In this document: positions 42,239-49,972 of the stretch, in pieces | Layout: every line of letters begins with the position of its first letter | How positions within the stretch are numbered: position 1 is the stretch's first letter | Origin: Salinivirgaceae bacterium | GTDB lineage: Bacteria > Bacteroidota > Bacteroidia > Bacteroidales > SZUA-534 | Assembly (NCBI GenBank): GCA_017557605.1 | Contig: JAFYYJ010000109.1 | Location: forward strand, 791-64,790 | Direction: 5' to 3' | DNA length: 64,000 bases | The notes under the pieces: model-generated | Database searches by the model: none | Told to the model about the DNA's origin: nothing | What the model saw: only the letters and a program-made list of their open reading frames with translations | Program-made: the position numbers and the translations under genes

Positions 42239-44845
42239 ATGAAGAGGATTATTCTAAATGTGCTTATCATGGGCGCTCTTACGGCAAATGCCCAGAATTT
42301 GCAACTGAACGACCGCGAATATTTTGAGCGGCAAGGTGTCAACGTGCTGGTTTTCAGCAACAGCTTTAACGGCGGATTCAACGACGAGAAGAACTCTGGC
42401 ATCGAAATCATACATCATGGGGTGAGAACAATTCAGGGCGGCGCTGTCCGCTTGAACAAGACCCCTGAGCAGTGGGATTTGGTGCCGAAAATGACTAGCC
42501 GCAAGGTTGACCCAGCAAAGGGCACCATTGAGATAGCAATGCGGTACGACGATTATGACTTCGACAGCCGCGTGGTTGTGACAGCCAAGGGCAAGGCAGT
42601 TGAGATTGCCGTTTGGCTCGACAAACCTGTTCCCGAGGCATTGACTGACGCTGGTTTCAATCTTGAATTCCTGCCGTCGCAGTACTGGCTGAAAACATTT
42701 GTTATGGACGGACGGCTCAATCGCTTCCCACGCTATGCCACCAGTCAGACCGTTACTCGGCCGAACAGTGAGAAACCGCGCCAGTTCAAGGGCTTCAAAA
42801 CCTACGATGACCGCGGCACCGACCGTTTCGTTGACCCGAAACCACTTGAGACCGGCCACAAAATCATTATGGCCACCGATGACCCTGAGCGTATGATAAC
42901 CGTAAGCAGCGACGACGCAGAACTTGAACTTTACGACGGGCGAATGATTGCTCAGAATGGCTGGTTTGTGCTGCACAGCGCACTGCCAAAAAACAAGACG
43001 GGCAAGGTGGTAACCTGGACTGTGGAGCCTAACGCAATCGAAGGGTGGATTCGTCAACCTAACATTGGGTTCTCGCAGGTTGGTTACATTCCCGACCAAC
43101 CCAAAGTGGCTGTCATTGAGCTTGACAAGGCCGATAAACCATTGGCATCGGCATCTCTCATGCGTATCAACAACGATGGTACAACCACTGAGGCTTTCCG
43201 CGGCAACATCGAGTCATGGGGCGACTTTTTCAAGTATAATTACGTCAAATTTGATTTCTCGAAGGTCACCGAGCCGGGTGTGTACTATATTAAGTATGGC
43301 GATATCCGTACCAACGATTTCCTTATCGACAGCCACGTTTATGACCGCATCACCGATGCTACAACTGACGTTTGGGTGCCAATTCATATGAACCATATGT
43401 ATGTGACTGAGGGCTACCGCACTTGGCATGGCGAGCCGTTCCGTGAGGGCTATCTGCAAGCTCCGCCCAGCGACCACTTCGACCTTCATAGTCAAGGTCC
43501 CACAACCGATACTAAATACAAACCGCTTGAGCTGATTCCAGGCTTGAACGTCGGCGGTTTCTTCGATGCAGGCGATTTTGACATTGAGACTCACTCAAAC
43601 ATCAATGTGGTGCAGAACTTCATCCGCACGTGGGAACTTTTCAAGCCGCAGCGTGACGAGACCTTTGTCAGCCAAGAGCAGCGCTATGTTGACCTTCATC
43701 GTCCGGACGGCAAGCCCGATGTGCTTCAGTTTATTGAGCACGGTGTGCTGAACCTTGTTGCGCAGGCTGAGCAGATTGGCCATATGTCGCAAACGCTGTC
43801 TAATTCAGTGCTTGACAATTATCATCATTTAGGCGATGCTGCCAGCATTACCGACGGTTTGCACTACGACCCGTCGCTGAAACCTTACGAGGTGTCGGCC
43901 GATGGCAAGAGCAGCGGCACGCCCGACGATATGTGGGCGTTCACAACCCGCAACCCGCAACTTGATTTTCAGGCTGCAACTATGTTCGCTGCCGCAAGCC
44001 GTGCTCTGAAGGGTTATAACGATGACCTTGCACAGCGTGCTCTCACACAGTCGAAACGGCTGATGCAGGAGGCTACCGAGCTGATGAGCCAGCGCCGTGG
44101 CCCGCGTGCTGACGCGCAGGCTCAGGCTGATGCCGACTGGCTGATTGGTGCCGGCGACGGTAATACCAATCAAACGAACAACCGCCGTCGTCAGAACAAT
44201 GCCCGTAGCAGCCGTGGCGACCTTGCTACCAATCTGCAACTTTATGCCGCCACCGGTGAGCAGCAGTATCGCGACAATTTTGAGCAGCAGATTTGGACTG
44301 CCCTCGACTTTGGCGTAACCTATACCATTCAAACGGCTCTCGATGCTGTGCCATATATGGATGAGGCATACAAGAAAAAACTGCGCCCATACGTTGAGAA
44401 GTATGCCGCTTATATCGACACTCTCACCAAAGAAAATCCGTATGGAGTGCCAATCGGTTTGGGTAACTGGGCAGGAGGTAATGCTGTGCTAAATTTCGGC
44501 ACAACGGTTTGCTTTGCCCACATCTATTTCCCCGACATTGTTAAGCGCGATGTTGTGTTCCGCACCGCCAACTGGCTATATGGCTGCCACCCGTACCACA
44601 ACTACTCGTTTGTGGCTGTTGTTGGCGCCACCCGCCCCAAATCGGTATTCTACGGTAACAACCGTGCCGATTTCTCAGCCATTCCGGGTAATGTAGCTCC
44701 GGGCTTGCTCTTCCGACGTCCCGACCACTTCGAGAACTTCGACGATTGGCCGTTCCTCTGGGGGCAGAACGAAGGTACCATTGCCGGAAACACTCAGTAT
44801 ATCATTTTCGGCTCGGCGCTGAAGAATATTGTTGGAGTGAAATAG
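42239..44845 (+). CDS. glycoside hydrolase family 9-like protein with N-terminal accessory and Ig-like (CelD_N-type) domains
   Basis: Signal peptide MKRIILNVLIMGALTANAQ from the ATG at 42239. GH9-type Asp pair GGFFDAGDFD and a C-terminal WGQNEGTIAGN block. The Ig-like segment includes IGFSQVGYIPDQPKVAVIE...GVYYIKYG. Confidence 0.65.
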   Translation: MKRIILNVLIMGALTANAQNLQLNDREYFERQGVNVLVFSNSFNGGFNDEKNSGIEIIHHGVRTIQGGAVRLNKTPEQWDLVPKMTSRKVDPAKGTIEIAMRYDDYDFDSRVVVTAKGKAVEIAVWLDKPVPEALTDAGFNLEFLPSQYWLKTFVMDGRLNRFPRYATSQTVTRPNSEKPRQFKGFKTYDDRGTDRFVDPKPLETGHKIIMATDDPERMITVSSDDAELELYDGRMIAQNGWFVLHSALPKNKTGKVVTWTVEPNAIEGWIRQPNIGFSQVGYIPDQPKVAVIELDKADKPLASASLMRINNDGTTTEAFRGNIESWGDFFKYNYVKFDFSKVTEPGVYYIKYGDIRTNDFLIDSHVYDRITDATTDVWVPIHMNHMYVTEGYRTWHGEPFREGYLQAPPSDHFDLHSQGPTTDTKYKPLELIPGLNVGGFFDAGDFDIETHSNINVVQNFIRTWELFKPQRDETFVSQEQRYVDLHRPDGKPDVLQFIEHGVLNLVAQAEQIGHMSQTLSNSVLDNYHHLGDAASITDGLHYDPSLKPYEVSADGKSSGTPDDMWAFTTRNPQLDFQAATMFAAASRALKGYNDDLAQRALTQSKRLMQEATELMSQRRGPRADAQAQADADWLIGAGDGNTNQTNNRRRQNNARSSRGDLATNLQLYAATGEQQYRDNFEQQIWTALDFGVTYTIQTALDAVPYMDEAYKKKLRPYVEKYAAYIDTLTKENPYGVPIGLGNWAGGNAVLNFGTTVCFAHIYFPDIVKRDVVFRTANWLYGCHPYHNYSFVAVVGATRPKSVFYGNNRADFSAIPGNVAPGLLFRRPDHFENFDDWPFLWGQNEGTIAGNTQYIIFGSALKNIVGVK

Positions 44846-44873
44846 CGGATAGCATCAATATAGCATAAAACTC

Positions 44874-44916
44874 TTCCCTGTCAGATTGTTAGAATCTGGT
44901 GGGGAAAAGTTTTTTT
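44874..44916. terminator. bidirectional terminator hairpin between convergent genes
   Basis: 14-bp stem ttccctgtcagatt / aatctggtggggaa (three G-U pairs) with loop gttag, followed by ttttttt on the plus strand. The minus-strand side has agtttta. Confidence 0.6.
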
Positions 44917-44977
44917 AACAAGGTTTATTGTATCCTAGAGTTGGTTGGATTCAAACGTCGTTATTCAGCCAGCGTTG

Positions 44978-45748
44978 TTATTGCCTGTCACTTTCGGAAT
45001 TTTCATCAGGGTCGTTGGCTAAAAACGGCTCTATTATGTCAACGTTGGTTTCGGTGATGATAGGAAGCCCTTTATACCTTAGAAACAATTGGCAGATAGT
45101 TACCACATCGTTGATACAGTATTCGCTGATGCTGTCAATGTTGCCGTCTTCCCAATATGCTTTGCCAACCATGCTGCCATTCATGTTCTCTTTGGGTGAC
45201 GGCAGATTGAATATGTTGGCCAGAAGGTCGAGAGAGGTGTAGTGTTTGTAATCGCCGAAACGCCAAAGCTCCATGGTGTCGAGATTGTTGGTTTCCCATG
45301 GTTTTTTGCCGCTGCAATCAAGAATTTTTGGTATTGGCAGACCGTTAACCAACAGCCGGCGGCAGATGTACGGGAAGTCGAACTCTTTACCGTTGTGGGC
45401 GCAAAGCATGTATTTGTCTTTGTTGTAGTGTTTGTTGAGCATTGCCGCGAATGCCGAAAGTAGCATCTTCTCGTTGTTTCCGCAGAACGATTTTACGCGA
45501 AAATGCCGTTCGCCGTCTTCGGTTGTGATGAATCCGGCCGAGATGCAGACAATCTTGCCGAATTCGGCCCAGATACCAGCTTTTTCGTACAGTTCTTCCG
45601 GAGTTTTGTTCTCTTTTTCCAATGTCCAACTCATTTTTTTTGCCCACAAGTCTTTTGTGCGCTCGTTAAGTTGGTCATACGACGGTGATTGACTTACCGT
45701 TTCGATGTCGATGAAAAGGATGTTTTCCTCTTTGATTTTGTCTAACAT
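44978..45748 (-). CDS. PolB-type (RNase H-like fold) 3'-5' exonuclease
   Basis: Exo I FIDIETV, Exo II HNGKEFDFPY and Exo III YCINDV. I moved the start to the ATG at 45746-45748 (MLDKIKEENILFIDIE), because the longer track ORF (to 45943) runs into the tmRNA gene. Confidence 0.75.
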   Translation of the reverse strand: MLDKIKEENILFIDIETVSQSPSYDQLNERTKDLWAKKMSWTLEKENKTPEELYEKAGIWAEFGKIVCISAGFITTEDGERHFRVKSFCGNNEKMLLSAFAAMLNKHYNKDKYMLCAHNGKEFDFPYICRRLLVNGLPIPKILDCSGKKPWETNNLDTMELWRFGDYKHYTSLDLLANIFNLPSPKENMNGSMVGKAYWEDGNIDSISEYCINDVVTICQLFLRYKGLPIITETNVDIIEPFLANDPDENSESDRQ

Positions 45749-45858
45749 TCTTGATGTCAAATTATTCGGCAATATAGCGCTTTTTGCAATAGTCGGTTGC
45801 AATTTGTTGCAGACAATTTGTGGCCGCGATAATTTTGCTATTTTTGCATGTTCATTTT

Positions 45859-46250
45859 GGGGTTGATTGGATTTGACAGCAAGATGAAATGGTGGGTAAG
45901 CACGTCGGGAGCAGTGAAACCGGCCCGTAAATCCCGGACACAAAACTATAACTGGCGAAAATTCTTACGCTCTTGCCGCCTAATCGAAGTATAGTAGATT
46001 GGCCTAATCCCGGCTCAAGGAGCTGGGACAAGACGCATCGCGGAAGCCCTTGTCTTGAGGCTCGCCGATTCTGATGTGCAGCAATTCGGGACTGGCCCGC
46101 ATTAGCCTCGTAATGCGGGTGAGATTTAGAGGATAAGGTGCCGATAGGTGGCTTTGAGCCGGCCGGCGCACGAAAACCAAGTCAGAGCTAAGCGTGTAGA
46201 AAGCTCATGGTTTCCTTGTTTGGACCCGGGTTCGAACCCCGGCAACTCCA
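45859..46250 (+). ncRNA. ssrA: tmRNA (SsrA)
   Basis: 5' GGGGTTGATTGGATTTGACAGC pairs with 3' ...CAACTCCA to form the acceptor stem. The T-arm reads GGACCCGGGTTCGAACCCCGG. An internal tag reading frame at 45954-45983, GGC GAA AAT TCT TAC GCT CTT GCC GCC TAA, encodes GENSYALAA*. Confidence 0.93.
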
Positions 46251-46255
46251 CTTTC

Positions 46256-46278
46256 GCGCCTTTCGAGGCGCTTTTTTT
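46256..46278 (+). terminator. rho-independent terminator after ssrA
   Basis: Hairpin gcgcct-ttcg-aggcgc followed by ttttttt. Confidence 0.75.
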
Positions 46279-46494
46279 ATGTTCGAGAAGAATACTTAAT
46301 ACCCTGTTATATAAAGGTTTGGTTTTGCAAAAGGATTCCGAACTGTTTTTTGTAAGTTGACGCCAACACAACCCCAAACACATTTCTACTTATTACTCCT
46401 ATTTTCGAACAAACACTTATATCACGGCCAACTGGCCGTTGAATTACAGGCCGCGATAGTGTTCTTTTGTTGAAGAAACGATAGAACACGAAAA

Positions 46495-46989
46495 ATGACA
46501 CTACAGGAAAAACTTGGGAAAGCCATTGTTTTGCTACGCAAACAGCGCGGTCTGGCGCAAGAAAAATTCGCTAATGACGCTGAAATCGACCGCCGATATA
46601 TGAGCGACATCGAGAACGGCAAACGCAACATCTCAATCGACGTTATAGAACGGCTTGCCAAATGTTTTGGAATGAGCGTAAGCGAATTGTTTTCGGTTGC
46701 AGAAGACATCGAATCTTCCCGCACTATCGACAGCCTCAAAGATTGGCTCTGCGACCGCGACTACGAAGATACAGTGGTAATGGAAAATCCCGACTATTTG
46801 TCTGCCATTGTGGGCATTAGCGACGACGGCCGCCTAATCTACGACTACGAGAAAATGGTTGAGCACCTTGTAGCAACCGACGGAATGGACCACGAGGAAG
46901 CCTGCGAGTTTATCGATTTCAACACAATCGGCTCTTTGCCATATATGGGCGAGAAACGACCGGTGATTCTGACAAGAATTGAAGATTGA
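46495..46989 (+). CDS. XRE-family HTH regulator with an uncharacterised C-terminal domain of about 95 aa
   Basis: HTH LRKQRGLAQEKFANDAEIDRRYMSDIENGKRNISIDVIERLAKCFGMSVSELF. I could not place the C-terminal half (DWLCDRDYEDTVVMENPDYLSAIVGISDDGRLIYDYEKMVEHL...). Confidence 0.8.
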   Translation: MTLQEKLGKAIVLLRKQRGLAQEKFANDAEIDRRYMSDIENGKRNISIDVIERLAKCFGMSVSELFSVAEDIESSRTIDSLKDWLCDRDYEDTVVMENPDYLSAIVGISDDGRLIYDYEKMVEHLVATDGMDHEEACEFIDFNTIGSLPYMGEKRPVILTRIED

Positions 46990-47026
46990 TTAATACTTTT
47001 TATTGAATTTGTAAAAAAAAGACAAA

Positions 47027-47974
47027 ATGGCAAGACTTATCCACACTTATCTACAAGATGATAATTTATATGGCTCGCGTATTGTATATATGGATGACTG
47101 TATGTGCATGTTGTATAATATAAAACGTAATGATACAACATTTTTCAAGGACTTTAGCGACAAACTTCAAAAGCCCGCCCTTTATATCCTTTTAAACAAA
47201 AAAACTCGCAAAGCGTACATTGGAGAGACAGATGATTTTGACAAACGTATAAATCAGCACCGCACTTTGAAAGAGTTTTGGGATGAAGTTCTAGTGTTCT
47301 TTGGCAGCAACGAATACACTATCAATAAAACCGAAGTCCGATACTTGGAATATCTTGCATACAACAAAGCCTTCAATGTTAAAACATATGAACTATCTGA
47401 AAATACTCAAACTCCCAGACCGACACATCTGGATTTGTTTTTAAAAAGCAAAACAGATAAGTTCTTCGAATACGTACAATTCTTTACCAAATTTATCGGT
47501 TGTGATATTTTTGAAGCACGTCCGAATATAATCGTCAAGACACCTTCAGAAGAAGCAAACGCAAAAGTACTTCCCACTTCTATCAAATTCACAAGTGAAG
47601 ACCTGAAAGGCAACACAAAACTATCGCTTAACGGGGAAGGCAAATACTCTAAGCGCGATATGGTTTTGCACATCGTAAAAGAGTTTGTCAAACAATTTCC
47701 GGAAACCACTTATGGCGAACTCCGCGCCACTTTCAAACGAGATTATTTAGGCCGCTTTGCTCAATACGAATTTTTGCAAGACGACATAGAAACAGCTCGT
47801 AAGTGGAAAGATTTAGGAGAAGACCATTTCCATTATTTCTTGGAAGACGAGAATTTGCTTATAAGTGGTGACGGTGTTCAGTTTGCAGTATGCGTTGAAT
47901 GGGATAAGAATAACATAATCAATGTACTTGGCATTGCGCAAGCACTCGGATGGACTTTTGACATTGTGAAATAA
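47027..47974 (+). CDS. GIY-YIG nuclease-like protein with an unassigned C-terminal domain
   Basis: PALYILLNKKTRKAYIGETDDFDKRINQHR supplies GIY-like, YIG and conserved Arg elements, with a downstream Glu in VRYLEYLAY. The C-terminal 130 aa or so is unassigned. Confidence 0.6.
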   Translation: MARLIHTYLQDDNLYGSRIVYMDDCMCMLYNIKRNDTTFFKDFSDKLQKPALYILLNKKTRKAYIGETDDFDKRINQHRTLKEFWDEVLVFFGSNEYTINKTEVRYLEYLAYNKAFNVKTYELSENTQTPRPTHLDLFLKSKTDKFFEYVQFFTKFIGCDIFEARPNIIVKTPSEEANAKVLPTSIKFTSEDLKGNTKLSLNGEGKYSKRDMVLHIVKEFVKQFPETTYGELRATFKRDYLGRFAQYEFLQDDIETARKWKDLGEDHFHYFLEDENLLISGDGVQFAVCVEWDKNNIINVLGIAQALGWTFDIVK

Positions 47975-47989
47975 CTTTATTTATATTTG
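47957..47989 (+). promoter_or_regulatory. candidate Bacteroidota-type promoter (-33 TTTG, -7 TAnnTTTG) for the methyltransferase operon
   Basis: TTTG at 47957-47960, a 21-nt spacer, then TATATTTG at 47982-47989. This lies 25 nt upstream of the ATG at 48014. Confidence 0.4.
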
Positions 47990-48013
47990 GTGTTGGTAAA
48001 GAACTCACTAAAT

Positions 48014-49288
48014 ATGAAGCATAAACAATCGCAGACAAACTCAAATATTATAAACGGACACATTCTTCGCGTAGGCACTCTTTTTAGTGGAATTGGTGCT
48101 TTTGAAGAAGCTCTAAAACAATTAAAAATTCCGCATGAAATAAAGTTTGCATGCGATAATGGCGAAATAGAGCTTATTCCAATAGATGACAAAAAAGACA
48201 GGAAGGCATATATAGACCTTAACCGCCATATTCGGAAATTGGATTCAACGGAAAAAGAAAGACTTAACCACTACAAAGAAATCATAGCACAACGAATTGA
48301 GGAAATTCGTCAGTATTGCTATAATCTTCCGACCAAAGAAGAACGCACACAGTATGTGAATAATCTGTATCGCCAATACGAAGGAGATCGTAAAAACCAC
48401 GTTAGAGAATCATACCTCGCAAACTATAATATATCCCCCAATGACTTCCATACGGACATTAGATTTATGCGTGGTAACGAATACTATGGTCATGTAGATA
48501 TTCTTGTGGGAGGAAGTCCGTGTCAGAGCTTCTCAACCTATGGTAAAAAACAAGGTTTGGAAGATGCCCGAGGAACCTTATTTTATGACTACGCTCGAAT
48601 TATTAAAGAGACCAGTCCTAAAGTGTTCATATATGAAAACGTTGCTGCCATCAAGACAAACGATGATGGACATACTTGGGAGACCATGCTTTCTGTGTGG
48701 AAATCTATTGGCTATAAGATTTTTCCTAAAATTCTAAATGCAGTTGATTACAATCATCCTCAATTACGTAGACGTATGTTTATCGTTGGTATTCGTGAAG
48801 ACATTTGTACAACTCCATATGAATTTCCCAAGAAAAAATCATTAAGAAAAAAAAGCGCCGACTTTCTTGAAAATGGTCCAATACCACTCAAATATTATTT
48901 AGGTAAAGGTGGTTTTACATGGATTACCACATACGAGAAGCACAAACGAAGGTCTCGTGTAAACCAAGATATAATTGGATGTCAAACAGCAAATCAACAA
49001 GACAATTGGATTGGAGATTTTCGCATTGAACATCCTCTGCCTGAGCATTATGCAGATGAACGTATTTATATTGGTCAATACGATTTTAAAGACGGCAAAG
49101 GCTTGGTAGATGCCGTCGGGCGAAAACTCACTCCAAGAGAGTGTCTCCGCCTAATGGGTTTTTCCGACAACTTCCGTATTGTTGTTGATGACCACCAAAC
49201 TTATCACCAGTCGGGTAACTCTATCGTAGTACCTGTACTAAAAGAGATTATTAAAACTCTTATTCCATACTTGAAAGAAAATGCGTAA
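48014..49288 (+). CDS. dcm: DNA (cytosine-5)-methyltransferase
   Basis: Motif I LFSGIGAFEEA, IV GGSPCQSFS, VI IYENVAAI, VIII QLRRRMFIVG, IX RKLTPRECLRLMGF and X GNSIVVPV. I prefer the ATG at 48014 over the track's TTG at 47987. Confidence 0.93.
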   Translation: MKHKQSQTNSNIINGHILRVGTLFSGIGAFEEALKQLKIPHEIKFACDNGEIELIPIDDKKDRKAYIDLNRHIRKLDSTEKERLNHYKEIIAQRIEEIRQYCYNLPTKEERTQYVNNLYRQYEGDRKNHVRESYLANYNISPNDFHTDIRFMRGNEYYGHVDILVGGSPCQSFSTYGKKQGLEDARGTLFYDYARIIKETSPKVFIYENVAAIKTNDDGHTWETMLSVWKSIGYKIFPKILNAVDYNHPQLRRRMFIVGIREDICTTPYEFPKKKSLRKKSADFLENGPIPLKYYLGKGGFTWITTYEKHKRRSRVNQDIIGCQTANQQDNWIGDFRIEHPLPEHYADERIYIGQYDFKDGKGLVDAVGRKLTPRECLRLMGFSDNFRIVVDDHQTYHQSGNSIVVPVLKEIIKTLIPYLKENA

Positions 49289-49970
49289 GAAACAAACTGG
49301 TCCAGAACTCAAGGTGCTTGAGTTGGATACATTAAAATATATCACTCCCGATAATGTAAAAGATACCATCTATTACATTGGACTCTATCCTGAGCGCATG
49401 TCGCCCGCAGATGTCACATTCGCACGCAAATCTGGTTTGTTAGAAACGACATTAGAAACTTTACGTCTTAGCAAAGTGGCATTGCATTATACTCTTGGTG
49501 CGATGTCCTATCGTGAATACGTTTTTTTAATGCTTTCCAAACAATGGATAAAAACCACCAACGTAAAGGATAAACCCACGGTGTATAACGAGCCATTATT
49601 GCCATTTGTATTGGATGAAATCCAATTACGCGGACGTATGAGCAAACCCACTTTTACAACAGACATGGATATAATACTTACATCCAAGTATGCACCTGTC
49701 TTGCTTTCAAATGCAGAATCATTGCGATATATTCGTGGGTTGTTAATTGCTTCTGAATTAGTTATATTGGAAGGCAATGATTATACAATTAATCCTATTG
49801 CTACAGTTTTGGTGCAAGATTTAATTAGTAATAGTAAAAATATTATTCCGCCAACAGAGGAAACGGAATTTGAATCTTATTGGAACTCAATGGAGCATGG
49901 TATCTTTGATATTATTACTCCCCAAAATAAGAATTTATATTCATCTTTTTATCCAAATCTCATCAAATAG
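49281..49970 (+). CDS. hypothetical protein (229 aa), translationally coupled to dcm
   Basis: ATGCGTAA overlap with the dcm stop, and the GHKL gene starts 2 nt after its own stop. I recognise no motif. Confidence 0.6.
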   Translation: MRKKQTGPELKVLELDTLKYITPDNVKDTIYYIGLYPERMSPADVTFARKSGLLETTLETLRLSKVALHYTLGAMSYREYVFLMLSKQWIKTTNVKDKPTVYNEPLLPFVLDEIQLRGRMSKPTFTTDMDIILTSKYAPVLLSNAESLRYIRGLLIASELVILEGNDYTINPIATVLVQDLISNSKNIIPPTEETEFESYWNSMEHGIFDIITPQNKNLYSSFYPNLIK

Positions 49971-49972
49971 CA

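Noticed and set aside
42254-44332. Minus-strand ORFs 42254..43099 (281 aa) and 43829..44332 (167 aa) inside the GH9-like gene.
   Set aside because: They are antisense shadows. The plus-strand frame carries the signal peptide and the GH9 motifs.
45749-45943. Upstream extension of the exonuclease ORF, and ORFs 46126..46383 (minus), 46148..46360 (plus), 46307..46501 (minus) and 46422..46739 (minus).
   Set aside because: The first three overlap the tmRNA gene or its terminator. The last two lie in the spacer or antisense to the XRE gene. None has coding features.
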